A stretch of 64,000 nt of DNA, taken from assembly GCF_018350175.1 (NCBI RefSeq), contig NC_058368.1:90832001-90896000 (forward strand). Reading direction: 5' to 3'. The notes under the pieces are model-generated. The model ran no database searches, had not been told where the DNA came from, and was given only the letters and a program-made list of their open reading frames with translations. Made by a program: the position numbers and the translations under genes. This DNA comes from Felis catus (taxonomy: Eukaryota). Positions 44,786-57,699 of this stretch are shown one piece after another (position 1 is the first letter of the stretch; the number at the start of each line of letters is the position of its first letter).

Positions 44786-47262
44786 CTGAGCGTTCCATGT
44801 GCTTTTTGATGAATGAGTGAAATAACAAGCCCCAGCAGCATGTGCCGCTGCCTCCGTTGTTTGTGCTGAGCCTACCTCGTCAGGGGTAGGGAGAGCTACG
44901 GATTCCCAGTGTGTCTGTCGTGACGGGCATGGGTGCTGCTGATTCTGTTGTGCTTGCTGCCTCCATCCAGAGTGGAAGGGAATAGGAGCTCTCAGCAGGG
45001 AGCAAGAATGGAGTGCTCTCTCCCAGTTTACGGAGCCGAGCCCTCCAGGGAGCTCCCTGAGGGCAGTGACAGGTCCTCGCTGTGGGTGCCCTGTGTGGAG
45101 CCCACTATGGTGGCCCCAAGAGACCCTGGTGAGTGCTGTGGCCTGTGGCAGGACGAGGTATCCAGATCAAGGTGGTGGCTGTCCTGGTCTGCTCATGGCC
45201 CACTGTGAGGGGTGAGATCCCACTACCCTTTCCTCCCCAGAGTGTTTTCTATGTCTCTAGCTTGGGACTCCTACAGCTGGAGGGTGGGGAGTCTAGGCCT
45301 CCTGAACTGGTAGGAAACCCCTCTTTCCTCATTGTCTTCCGTCCCGCCAGGCTATTTTCCTTCACAGCTACTTAGGAGGGAACAGAGCCAAAGGCCTGTC
45401 AGCGGGGGACCGCCGATGGATTTTATGTCAGACGCACACAGCCGGCTCCCTGCCACCAGCTGAGTCTTTGCTTGCCTCTGGAGGGCACTGGGCCTCTGTC
45501 ACTTCCCATGCAGCCCCTGCCAGCCATGGGGCTGGTGAGGGTTCCTTGGCTGTGTGGAGGCCGCGGGTCCCAGCTCTGGGGTGGGCTCAGCCCGGGGCGG
45601 GGGGGCGCTCTGCCTCCTTCCTGTCCCTGTGTCAGGTCCTGGCCCCATGTGGGCGCTCGGGAGGGAGAGTGCCCACGACTGGGAGATGCCTTACCAGGTG
45701 GCCTTTCTTGGGGGCACCTGCAGTTGAGGATCAGGCTCCAACTTGTGTGTGAAACACCAGTTCTCTCCCTGGCGCTCCTTCTCAGGCCCTTCTTGGAAGG
45801 AGCTGTGGCCTCTGCAGCTCTCTCGTCTGCACCTCCTGGCCAGGCCCCCCAGCTGCCTGTGGAGCTGCCAATGTCCTCATCTGGTGCCCTCCCAGAGGGG
45901 CCTCCTGTCCTGCTTCTTGTATTTCAGAGATGGCCAGAGACTTCCCTGACTCCGTGGCTGGCAGCAGCCTTGCTGAGCCATCTAGAATTGGCTCCCAGCC
46001 TCCTCGTGTCTCTTGGGTGTCTTATGTGGCGATGCAGCTCTATTTTAGGGCCTGCGGGAGCACCCGGGATTGCTTCAGGGGCTGCCCCGGATTGAGGGGG
46101 TGGATCATGGCCTACAGTGAGGACCTGAGTGATGGAAGAAGAACTGGGCTTTGTGTTCCCTCCCGCGTGGCCGTGGGCAGCTGTCTTCACTTCTCGGAAC
46201 CTCCAGGGCCTTGGCCATGAGGTTGTGAGTGAGGACCAGTCCAAGGGCAAAATGAGTAGGGGGCCATCTCACATCCTCTCCCCACCCGTGCCACATCCCT
46301 CAGATCCTGGAATGCCTGGTGCCAGCAGCCTTGGGATGGTTTACAATGGTTTATGATGTTTTGTTCTGTCTTAAGTCCAAGAGTGCCTAAGCACTGAATA
46401 AAGCAGAATGCATAAATAAACTAAAGGAAGAAAATTGAAATCCCCTGTAATCTTATCAACATTTTAGGGTGTGTCCCTCACATATACACATGTGTGGACA
46501 AGCATACTTAATGAAAAGGGGCGATATTGTCTGTAGAGTCTCCGACCTGCTTTTATTTACCGTATATATAAAACAGACATATTTATGGATCATTTAATAT
46601 TCTACTTTAATGTCTTGGACCAGAGGTGGCATAATCTACTCAGGAAATGTGAAGAGGCCAGTATGGGAGCTCGGGAGTCTGGGCCTGGCGGGTGAGGGAG
46701 AGGCGGAGGAGGAACACCCCCAGGCCTCTGACTCGGGTTGATGGGTAGGAGGGAGGGCAGAGGCATGCTGGCTGTGAAATGTGGCTGGGGCAGTTTCCCT
46801 GTGAGGAGTCCTGAGGCAGTTGGAAGGTTCTGTGTGCAGGAGCAGGGTCTGGGTGCAATGTGAGTGGGGGCTCTCTGTGCCAAGGGCCATAGGTGCCATT
46901 TGTCCAGGGAGGGTGGGCACCAAAGGAAGAGAAGGGCAGAAGCAGAGACTAGTGCTCCTTGGTCCCCCAGAACACAGGGGACACGTGGAGGGGACGGTGT
47001 AGACCAGAGTGAGGCCTGCTCTCTGAGAGAGATTTGAGAGACTCATCAAAATGGGGGAGCTGCCGGACAGCAGTGTGTGGTGTGGGGTCCAGCATGGAGG
47101 AGGGGGCTTTGTAGACGTCAGGGCCAAGTGCCTGAGGAGTGGGTAGAAAATGGCCACCTAGAGGCAGGAGAGTAGAGGGTGCATGGTGAGGACAAGTGTT
47201 GTACTGGGGGATATGTCCGGTCAAAGAGGATTTTTCCTCTTGGGGAGACTTCACTAGGTAGT

Positions 47263-47613
47263 TAGTCAACCCTTGAACAATGTGGGAGGTAGGGGCACCA
47301 ACCCCTATGTAGGTGAAAATCCATTTAGAACTTTGACTCTGCCCAGACTTAACTACTAATAGCTTACCATTGACTGGAAGCCTTACTGATAACACAAAGA
47401 GTCAGGGAACACATATTTTGTATACATATTATACAATTGTATATATACGTATATATATATATATATACAATTGTATAATATACATGTTATATACTGTATT
47501 CTTATAATAAAATAAACCAGAGGAAAAAATGTTATTAAGAAAATTAATACGAAAAAAATCTACATATAAATGGACGCATGCAGTTCAAACTCAAGTTGTC
47601 CCATGGTCGACTG
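47263..47613. mobile_element. Tigger2-like TcMar DNA transposon (internally deleted)
   Basis: TIR-like tagtcaacccttgaacaa ... ttgtcccatggtcgactg|TA; internal aactactaatagc...ggaagccttactgataac. Confidence 0.85.
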
Positions 47614-47774
47614 TACATATGTGCCTGCAGTATTTACATGTACACATATATATGTGTGTTTGAACACTACCTCTTTGTGCTGAGGCTTTTATGTAGCTTG
47701 AGTGTGTTCATAGACTAAGGACAAGGATGTAGGAGAGAGGGAATGTTTGAAGGTAAGGTATGGAAGAGAAAGGA

Positions 47775-48310
47775 TGCATTAGTCAGGAGTTATTCTACAA
47801 GTGTCAGAAATCCAAATGAAACTGGCTTAAGCAAAAAAAAAAAAATAAATAAAGAATTGATTGGTTAATAAATCTGAAAAAAACCCCCAAACCCCAATAT
47901 CCAGTAGCTTCAGGTTTGGCTGGATTCAGGTGCCTAAATAAATTTTTGGTCTTTCTCTCATTTCTTTGAGCTCTACCGTGCTCTATGTTGATTTCATTCA
48001 TGCTCTTCACATGAGGAGGAAAAATGACCACAGGCAGCTGCCATCTCACATTTTCATTGCTTAACCACCTCAGGGGAGACGACTCTTCTGTCCTCATAGT
48101 TCCAGCAACAGTTTCTGGGTTTAATCTGATGGATTAACTTGAGTTAAGTCCTTGTCCCTGAGTTGTGTTCATATGGTTGGGTTGGCCTGGCCTGGCTCAT
48201 ATGTCCCCCTTTCCCCTCATCTGCTCTGAGGGTCAGAGGGGCAGCTTTTGAGGAACACAGTGGGGCTGTGTTATCAGAAGGAAGACAGTGGGCTCCGGGC
48301 AGGCCCGAGG
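47775..48310 (-). mobile_element. MaLR LTR (MLT1J/K-like)
   Basis: tgcattagtcagga...caagtgtcagaaatccaa...tggcttaagcaaaa...gcttcaggtttggctggattcaggtgc. Confidence 0.7.
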
Positions 48311-51300
48311 TCCCTGAGGAAGAGGCTGGGCCCTGGGTGGCTGGAGGAGTGTGTTGCTGCTCCATAGGGTGGGAGAGAGAAGGATGTGAAGGCACATGGG
48401 GTGGGAAGGAGTTCTCTCTGTGGCTTCCCTCCCCCAGGAGGGACACCGATGTTACCGACCAGGCTCTGCAGTTCTCCTGGGGGTTGGCCGGGTCTGGAAG
48501 GAGAGCATCAGGCTGCAGGAGGTTGGCCGACCGACTGCTGGCTGCCCTGGGAACCCTCAGGCCCAGCAGCAAAAGTGGTCTGAATTCAGAAAAGCAGGCA
48601 CCGGGGCCAGGCAGGGCAATCCACCTACCTCAGGAGCCAGAGACCAGGCATCATCAGGCCTGTCAGAGAGGTGCAGGGCACTGGGGTGGGAATGTGCAGG
48701 CCAGCAGAGACCCAGGTGAGAGGACCACTTTGCCCAGGAGAAGCTCATGGGGGCTGAATCCAGCCTGCAGACATGCTTTGTGTGGCCTCTGGGTAAAAAC
48801 AGGGTCCCAGCCAGTGGGGTATTCTGTTTGACTGGATGGATGTAGGCAGCGTGGGCTGGGGGTGGGGGAGACAGAAATAAACACCATTTTGGATAATGGT
48901 AAGAACAATGCAAGTAAGTAAGCAAATGAGGAGGCTGAGAGCAGCTAGCAAGGGTGAGTGAGAGCATGTGTGTGTGTGTGTGTATGTGTGTGTGTGTATG
49001 TATGTGTATGTGTGTGCACACGTGCCCATGTGTGATATGCGTGTGTGAATGATGCCATGGATGTGCACTCATGTGATGCATGTGTGAGTACATTGTGAGC
49101 CGCATGCAGGTGCATGTGATGCACACATGTGTAATGCCTCTGTGAGACATGTGTGATACACACGGTACATGCAGATGCACGTGTGATGTGTGTGGGAGTG
49201 CACACTGGGTCACATGCATGTGTGAGAGTGCATGTGTGTGCATGTGTTTGTTGAGGGCGTAGCTGTTGGCCCCCCACAGTCAAAATGAGGACAACCTATA
49301 ATCTTTCAGAAGACCTTCCTCACAACTGGAGGACAACAGGAGAGAAAAAACATGCAGGGGGGTTAGCACAGTCACTATGGGGAGTGATGCCCCTTTCCCC
49401 AAGTACATGGTGCAGAGGGCTTTCCTGTCTAGTGGCTGGCTCTGTCTGCTCTGGGTTGGGGTCTGGCCTTCCTGCATGGCCCTTTAGGCTTCTTCCCCTA
49501 TGAGAGGCCAGGGCTCAAAGTCTTGGGGCCTAAGAGAGTGACATCAGTGGTCCCCCCCCCCCAGGAAGTTGCCGTGGGAGGCTCGGCCCCACCATGAGCC
49601 AGGGGGACCTTGGTGCTGCCCCTGACCCAGTTCCAGGCTAGGAGCTGTCCTCCACCACATGGGGATGAATGCCAGGTACTGGGCTCTCACCATGGAGATT
49701 TCAGAAAGAGGACACCCAGTGTTTGCCGGAGCACCTACTGCGTGCACTTGGTTTACCCCCACCTCCCTACCTTGTTGAGAAGGGGCTTTGAAGCAGTGGT
49801 GGCAGGCTTTTTCCAGAAAGGGTCTGCAGGGCTGCCGTGGCCGTCGCACGCCCCGTCTGCCCCCTGTCTTTCCTCCACTGGCTTGTCTCCTCTCCCTGTC
49901 TCATGTGCGGCTCCCCCGCCTGCCTCTGCTCCCTCTCCCGGCTTCAGTCTCATGCCGTTTTAATGAGGGCTTGGCCTCCTGTGCATGGCGGCTCAGCGGC
50001 AGTACATTTAATTAATAATCTCACATTGCAGTTCTTCAGAGTAAATGCTGCCATTTTATTCCTCACTAATTGGAACAGGCTAGTTAAGCTCTGAGATGAA
50101 TGGCCCTTTCTGCTTGGGATCTCTGTCGGAGTTGCTGTGTGGGGCCAGGCGCTGTGAGCCCTGGGGTGGGGCACTGTGCTGGAAGGGCAGACGTCTGGCC
50201 CGCCCCACCTGCCTGGTCCAGGGAGAGCCCTTTTGCTCATGCCCAGGGCAGCCATCTGGCCCGGGGTAAGCCCGCTCTTGACCTCGGGAGGGCTTTCAGG
50301 TGGGCAGGACTTGGGACTCACTGTTGCCCATTCCTTGGGTCCCAACTCTGTGCCTGCTCTGGGTGAGGCCCTCAGGGACCCCAGAGGGCCTCAGTGTGGG
50401 CTCCAGAACCTGGACTCCCCGTCTACACCTGCTTCCCTACTCTCTGTGGCCCGGCCCAAACTCCACCCTGCATGCCTGCACCATTGTCCTCACCTAGCCA
50501 GAGTGTCTCAGCTGGTGCTGGCCACATAGCAGGTCCTTAGCTAGATGCATGCTGAGATGGATATGTCCCCCAACAAACATAGGCTCTGTGTGGCCCTGGC
50601 AATTAGGGAAACACCAGTTACCCCATCACTGCAAGCTGTTGGGCGCAGCAGCAAAGAGGCTGGTCTGCAGTGTGTCAGGGGAAGGACCACCTGCCTGTGG
50701 GGCACTGATAACTGATGGAAATTTGGCCTGCACACCAGGTTCGATGCTCCAGGCCTTGGGGTATCCCTGAGATGTGGATGTGCAGGCCACTCTCCTTCGA
50801 CATGAGACATCTGAAAGCACCTCCATGCTGGCCCAGAGGAGAAAGCCTGAGTAGAGCACAGCAGTGTTTTGGAGCGAAGTGGAGCCGTGGGCATGTGGGT
50901 GGACCAGGTCAGGTGGGTAGAGGTGGGAGGGAAGAGAAGATGGCAGGGTGACATACAGGTGCCTGGCATCTGCACCCCTGTGTGCGCAGGCAGGGCACAG
51001 GGAGGGGTGCAGCACACGCCGCCCTGCCCCAGTAGCATGGGAGACCTTGCTGGGGATTGCGGATGGCATACTATTTGTATTTTTTTTTTTTTTTTTTGAG
51101 GAGAACGTGTTTATGTAATGGTCACGCAATTAATACAAGAAAGTAGGTGGAGTTTCTCTTGGGACACACATGGTATTGCATGCCAGCAGCATTCCTGGTG
51201 AGCCCCCAGTGTGTGTGTCCAGCCTGGGTGCTCCGTGGTCTTTAATGGCGTCAGAGCTCTTGGCTCAGGTCCAGGGCATGAGATCCAGTTCCCTTCCCTC

Positions 51301-52369
51301 CACTGGGCTGAAGGAATTCCCATGGCCTCTCCCTTGGATGGTGGGGTTTGCAGCAGGGCGACGTGAGAACAGTGACGAGGGATGTGTGCTCAGCTCCTCC
51401 CTGTGCAGAAGGTTCACTGCTGACTGGTGTCTTGGCCTCCCTGGACACCCACCTGTTTGCATATCTCTCTATGCATGAGCTCTGCTGTGGGCTTCTGGGG
51501 TCTTCATGCTTTTCCCCTGTTGTCTTGGTGACAGAGACTGGGGTCAGAGGTTCACCTTCTGAACAGGCTGGCCATGCAGTATGACACTGCATTGTGATAT
51601 CACCTGCTCTGCCAGCTGAGCCGGTCTTCAGGGACAAGGACGGCTCTAGCCAGAGTCCAAGCACCGATTTATGAGGAATTAGCAGGAAACTGTCAGGAGG
51701 AAAGAAACCAAGGTGCTGGCAGAAAGGGCTGCCGGCTACAGACTGGCTCCAGGAGCCCACAGGTGGCCTCCAGGCATTGCTGCTGGGAGGGCTGAGCTAG
51801 TGGGATCCTAGCAGCCACAGGGCTGGGGCTCTGCCTTTGCCTTTGCATTCCTACCTTGCGTATTGCCGAGGTTAGCTGGAATTTATTTCTTCCTTTCTTG
51901 GTTTCTTCCTTCCATCTTTCTTTCCTGCCTTCCTTCCCTCCTTTCCCCAACTCCCCTTTCTTCTTTCTCTTTCCTTCCTTTCTCCCCACTCCTTCATCCA
52001 CTGACATTTCTCCGTCCTTCCTCTGTCCAGGCCTTGTGGACACACGGTTTCTTGGAAAGGTGCACCAAGAGGGTCTGCAATGCCATCCAAGGGAGTGATG
52101 GGATGTGCTATAGGGTAGGGAGCCCCCAGAGGATTTAGGCAGGAGCCTGACATGCCCATGATGGCATGAGTTCCCCACATGCTGTGGCTGAGGCACCCCA
52201 TGGGTCCCCGCACCCTGGCTGTTTAAGCACCCCCCGCAAGGTGCTGCCCCACTGGGTGGCTGGGTCTTCTGGGCTCTGGTGTGGCCTCAGCTGCCCACCC
52301 TCCTGAGAGGGACCTGAGATGCTCTGCACTGCTCTGGCCTCAGGGAATGGGCTGTCTTTTCCCCTGGGT

Positions 52370-52950
52370 GAGATCTTTTTCTTGAATTCTTTGCAGCTAT
52401 TACTTCCTGGTGCTCTTGGCTCTTGTCTGCCCCCCCTGGTGCATGTTCCCCCGGTCCTGGAGTTTGATGTCTGTCTGGTGCTTTCTTCTGCAGTGATCTG
52501 CTCTTTTTCTCTGGGAGCTGTCAGAACTTTCTCTTTATCTCTGATGTTCTTGGGCTTCATTATAATGTGTCTAGGTGTGAGGTTTTTTTTCCTTGGGTAT
52601 GTCTTCATCAGTTCTCTGAATCAATTCACGTTGAGATCTTTCATCACGTTTTGGAAAACTTGTGGCCATTATTTCTTCAAATATTTCTTCTCCCTGCACA
52701 CCCTTTTCTACTTCTGGGGTTCATCCATATCACTTAACCTGTCTTTCATACCTTCTCTCTCTCAGTCCCTCAGCATCCAGAGTGAAAGCTCCGACCAAAT
52801 GTCAGCTTCTGAGTTGGTTGTTTGCCATTCAGTTCAGCAAGTGGGTCCTTTTTCTATTTACAAACATTTGTCCTAACTAGTTCTCCTTTGTAGCTGCTCA
52901 TGCATGCCCCGTGTTGCTAGTGTTTTTATGTTCATTTCAATTCTCCCTCA
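52370..52950 (-). mobile_element. Old L1/HAL1 ORF1 fragment
   Basis: Minus-strand translation TPRHIIMK...RDKEKVLTAPREKEQIT matches L1 ORF1p motifs. Confidence 0.75.
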
Positions 52951-53854
52951 TCTGAAATAGGCTGTTGGGGTATGGGCTTTCTTTCACAGCACAAGCGCCG
53001 CTCAGACGTGAGCTCTCATTCCCCAAGGCGTTAAGTGACTGTGGCCAGTTGTGTGGGGGGCGGGCTCACACCCCTCCTAGTGATCCGGACAAGGGAGGTG
53101 TGGAGGAGAGGCCTGGAGCTGGCTTTCTTCCTGCCCCTGTGTGCACCTAACCGATCACAGCTTCCGTTTTGTGACCCACGATCCCTGTGTTAACAATGGT
53201 GGGGAATGAATGTGCGTTGGATGGAGACATCCCCATTTCACCGAGAGGAGTCCAGCAGGCCAACCCCAGAACCTTGTCACAACCCTCACACAGTGATCTG
53301 GCACGTGGGGTCTTTAGTCTTGTCCATGGTTGCCTTGTGATGTGTGCCTTAGGAAGAGCTCTCTGGGTGTGGGGTAGAGACTGTGCTGGACAAGGGAGGG
53401 CCTGAGTCAGGGGGTAACAGAGGAGAGAGATGTGAGGCTGTACCCAGGCAGGGGTAAGGAGGGAGAGGCAGGGGAGGATGGCAAGAGATAAGTGGGAAGT
53501 GGAAAGATCGAGGCTTGGGGATCTGAGTGGGAGGGAGGAGGAATCAATCCGGGACAACCTCCAGGCTCCTGGCTTGAATGGCTGGAAGGAGGGCACATGG
53601 CTGACTGTGATTAGGCTCTCAGGGAGGGAGGGGTGGGGGTGGAGAGGAAGAGGAGAGTTTTCTGACCCAGTGGGCTGGGCTTGAGGCTCCTCCCATAATG
53701 AGGGGGTGTTCCTGTGTCTCTGTGGCTCTTGGATGGCCCTGGTGCAGGGAGGTGTGGGGACCCTTGCCCGTCAGAGAGTCTGCTGGTGTGGAGGCTGAGG
53801 CAGGACATTACCTGGGTGCACGGAGGCCATGAAGGTTGGGTGGAAGAGGGCAGC

Positions 53855-54060
53855 ACTCCAGGGCCAGGGTTTGGATTCTGGCTGGGGTCACTCCTGATGG
53901 GCTCTGTGACGTGGCCGTCATGTTGGCCTCTGCAAGCCTTATTTCTCTCATCTGTAAAATAGGGGCATAGTCCAGCGGGGACCTGGCAGTGGACACACTG
54001 ATGAGAAAGGGCACGTGGCCTGGGGGCTGCAGAGGGGTAAGCCAGCAGTAGGGCTTGTGA
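53855..54060 (+). mobile_element. MIR
   Basis: ctctgtgacgtgg...tttctctcatctgtaaaatagggg. Confidence 0.65.
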
Positions 54061-55212
54061 GCCCTGGGGGCTCTGAATAAAGCACAGTGGATTTACTACT
54101 CTTGTTTCAAAAAGAAAGGGGAAAACAGTGTCTGTTCCGGCCACGATGGGAGAAGAGGAGGAGCCCTGTCCCTGCCCTGCTCTCTGCACCCCCCCTTCCA
54201 CCCCGCCACACTCACTTAGCTCAGAGTTGGCTCCTACCCAGCTCTGAGTGAGACGTGGCAGCCAGGAGGCTGAGGCCCAGCCAAGCCCCAGATGGCTGGC
54301 GAGAGGTGCTTCCCGAGAGCTGAGCGAGACAAGGACAGGGGCCGACCTGGTGGGGAGGGGACAGGAAGGGGCCAGGAGCCCGGGAAGTGCCAGCCCTGGC
54401 CTTGGCACAGCCGTGCCTGCTCTGAGGCAGCACCTTGTTAGAAGCTTCCAAGTGGACTCAGGAACACAGTGCTTGGAGTCTGAGCCCTGGGGGCGTGGGG
54501 AGGTGCAGGAGCCCACACCAGGTTCTGCTCAGGAACCTCTGTGCCCAGAGCTGATGCCTCTGCTCTGGCCAGGCCCCCCTCTGGCTCTGTGTGAGTGTGT
54601 ACACGTGTATGAGTGAGTGTGTGTGTGTGTGTGCGTGTGTGGGTATGAATGTATGTGAGGATATATGCAAGTGTGAGAATGCATTGTAAGTGTGCAAGAG
54701 TGTGTGACCATGTATGCGTGTGTATGAGTGCATGTGTGAGTGTATCAGTGTGATGCACACACGCATGTGAGTGCATGTGTTCACTCAAACACACACATAC
54801 ATGCGTGTGTGCATATGTGTGTACAAGGGTGCACTTGTGTACGCAGGAGTGTCTGTGTATGGGTGTGTGTGCATGAGTGCATGTGTGCATGAGAGTGAAT
54901 AAGTGCACACATGTGAGTGCATGGGTGTGCATGCATGTGTGAGAGTGTGCGTGGATACGGGTGTGTGTGTGTGTGCACACCTATGCCTTCTTCACAGGCC
55001 ATTCCCGAGAAGGTAACCCTTGCAGTTACCAGTCTGTCTTTAGGCAGGATTGTAGTGCTGTTTCTTGATGTATCACATTTCAACGTTATCTATTGACTTC
55101 CTGCCACGGAAGATGAGGGTCTAGCTCACGGACAGGCCCACTGCCCCTCCCTGGCCCCGTTCTTCCCAAATGGTTCTGTCACCACGTTAGTCCATATCGC
55201 GGCTCCCTGTTT

Positions 55213-55691
55213 TGTTGGTTTCCTGTGGCCAAGGTAACAGATGACCCCAGACTTCCTGCCTTCAGTAACAGGAGTGTGTTCTCTCCCACTAACAGAGGCA
55301 GGGCTGTGCTCTCTCCCTTTGGAGGCTCCAGGGAGAATCCGTTCCTGGTGCTGCCAGCTTCTGGTGGCCCTGACATCCCTTGGCTTGTGGCTGCCTGCCT
55401 TGCTCCTGTCTCGAGGTCAGCATCTTCAGTCTGCCTCTGCTGATTTGTGTGGCTTTCTCTGTGCATCTGTCTGACCTCTGCCTGCCTCCCTCTGTAAGGA
55501 AGTGGCTGTGTGACTGCACTTAGGCCCCATTCTGGCAATTCGGAATTGCCTCCCATCTCAAGATCCTTAGCTTAATAACATGTACTTAGTCCCCCCTCCC
55601 CCCCTTTTTTTTGCCATATGTGGTGACATTCACAGGTTCTAGGGGGTAGGACCAGGACCTGTCTTTGGAGACCATTTTTTAGCTAACCACA
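55213..55691 (-). mobile_element. MaLR LTR (MLT1C/D-like)
   Basis: tggaggctccagggagaatccgttcc...ccagcttctggtggc...ccatctcaagatcctta...acattcacaggttctagggg. Confidence 0.85.
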
Positions 55692-56704
55692 CCCGGTGGA
55701 CATTTTGTATCATATTTGTACCTTTGCTGCTTCTTCCATCAGCCTGGACAGTGGGGTCTGGAGACCCCCCTTAGTGCTCTGGGCTCCACTGCCCTGCCCT
55801 TCTCTCCCCTGTCCACTTCCTTCATCTTTACCTTTTGCTCTGCATGGCAAGGTGTCCATCATTCACATTCTTTGTTCTGGTGGGGTCTTTGCCATTGGGT
55901 TTCTGTTTCTCTGATTCTCTGTCTGCTGCTCACAGCTGGCTGACCTTGGCCAGTCACTGCACCTCTGAGTCTTACTGGCACCTGCCCTGTGGGTAGTCGA
56001 GAGTGGGGACAGTTTCCTGGGCTCAGGAGGGCATGGAGCCGGGCCCTTCCAGGGCGTGCTGGTCAGAAACCAGCTCCTCCTGGGCGTGGATGGCCAGGCC
56101 CTGAGTGGAAAGGGGGCATGGCTTTCCTGCTTGGAGGGGTTGGAGAGGATCTGTATCTGGGCAAACATCTGTTGAACATACGCATCTTTCTCTTATATAA
56201 TCTGGTTTAGAGAGTGGTTGGAAAGATTGTTTCCTGTTGTCGTTGAGATGGCAGAGGGCAAGCCCTGGTCCTGCCCTCAAGGGTTCCTTGGCCCTACTCC
56301 GAGGTGAGCAGTGAGCTAGCAGGTGGGTGGTGGCAAGGCAGAGCTGGTGGGGGCTCTGCCTCAGGTGCTGTGCGACAGGGTGAACAGCCTGTCCCAGACA
56401 CGGCCCCCTGACCCTGCAGTGTGGCTGTGGTGTGGAGCCTCCCCTCTCCAGGGCTTCCCAGCCTCCTTTCCTTGGTCTTCCCAACCCCTTTGCCAGGCCA
56501 AGATGTTCCTCCCATTTTAGAGGTGAGGCTCAGGGAGCAGGAAGAGTTTCAATACACAGGCCACACAGCTTGCAAGGCAGGGGTTGGTTCAGACACCCAC
56601 ATTCCTCTTGGACCCTTTACTGAGCTTCAGGGGGCCCTGGAGGGTCTAGAGTAGTGCATCTCAGACTTATTTTAACTTAATTAAAAAAAAAATAAAAAAT
56701 TTTA

Positions 56705-56838
56705 GGGGCACCTGGGTGGTTTAGTCAGTTAAGCATCCAAGTCATGATTTTAGGTCAGGACTTAATCTCAGGGTTGTGAGTTCAAGCCCTGTGATGGGCT
56801 CCACATTGGGCATGGAGTCTATTTAAAAAAGAAAAAAA
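56705..56838 (+). mobile_element. Short Can-SINE (no CT tract)
   Basis: ggggcacctgggtggtttagtcagttaagc...ggagtctatttaaaaaa. Confidence 0.88.
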
Positions 56839-57376
56839 ATTGTGTATATTTAAGGTAAATAATATGATGATTTGATCAGCATATGCATAGTGAAATGATT
56901 ACTACAATGTCCATCAACAGATGAAGAATGGTGTGTGTGTGTGTGTGTGTGTGTGCATGTGTGTATGTATATACATACCATATGGTGTATATACCATGTG
57001 GTGTGTATATATATACACAGCAGAATATTATTCAATCTTAAAAAAAGGATGAGATCTCTGGCATTTGTGACAACATGGATGAACCTGGAGGACATTATGC
57101 TAAGTGAAATAAGCCAGACATGGAAAGACAAATACTGCATGATCTCACTGCCATGTGGAATCTAAAAGAACTGAATACATAGAAGCAGAGGATGGTGGTT
57201 GCCAGGGGCTGGGGTGGTGGGGAAATGGGGAGATGTTGGTCAGAGGTACAAAGTTGCAGTTATGGAGGGTGAGATCTAATGAGCAGCATGCACATTACAG
57301 TTAATAATTCTGTATTGAATACTGGGAATTGACTAAGGTGCTCTCACCACACGCCCACACGCCCACAAAGGTAATG
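56839..57376. mobile_element. L1MA9-like 3' end with 5' inversion (minus part 56839-56908, plus part 56906-57376)
   Basis: Minus part ttgtgtatatttaagg...gtgaaatgattactacaat; plus part aatgtccatcaacagatgaa...caacatggatgaacctggaggacattatgctaagtgaaataagccag. Confidence 0.8.
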
Positions 57377-57462
57377 AACATCGAATCATCTGGAAACTTA
57401 CAAAAATGTGGATTCTGGTTCAGCAGAGTGAACCTGGGGTGAGGCTGGGATTCCACATTTCT

Positions 57463-57699
57463 TTTAATTTTTTTGATGTTTAGTTTTGAGAGAGAAGAGG
57501 ACAGAGAGAGAGAGAGAGAGAGAGAGAGACTGAGCACGAGCAGGAGAGGGGCAGAGAGAGAGGGAGACACAGCATCCCAAGCAGCTCCAGGCTCTGAGCT
57601 GTCAGCACAGAGCTCGACACAGGGCTTGAATTCACGAATGGTGGGATCATGACCTGAGCTGAAGTTGGATGCTCAACTGACTGAGCCACCCAGGTGCCC
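57463..57699 (-). mobile_element. Can-SINE
   Basis: TSD tccacatttct at 57452-57462 and 57700-57710. Confidence 0.94.

Noticed and set aside
46129..46356. ORF starting MMEEELGFVF, superficially like ADAMTS2 exon 3 (MEEEEFFIEP)
   Set aside because: Similarity is limited to a few residues; no matching flanking peptide.
51078..51130. Poly-T followed by unique sequence as a processed pseudogene 3' end
   Set aside because: No canonical poly(A) signal, TSD or coding similarity visible.
53611..54516. 301-aa minus-strand ORF
   Set aside because: Overlaps MIR/L2 debris; no recognisable domain or exon structure.
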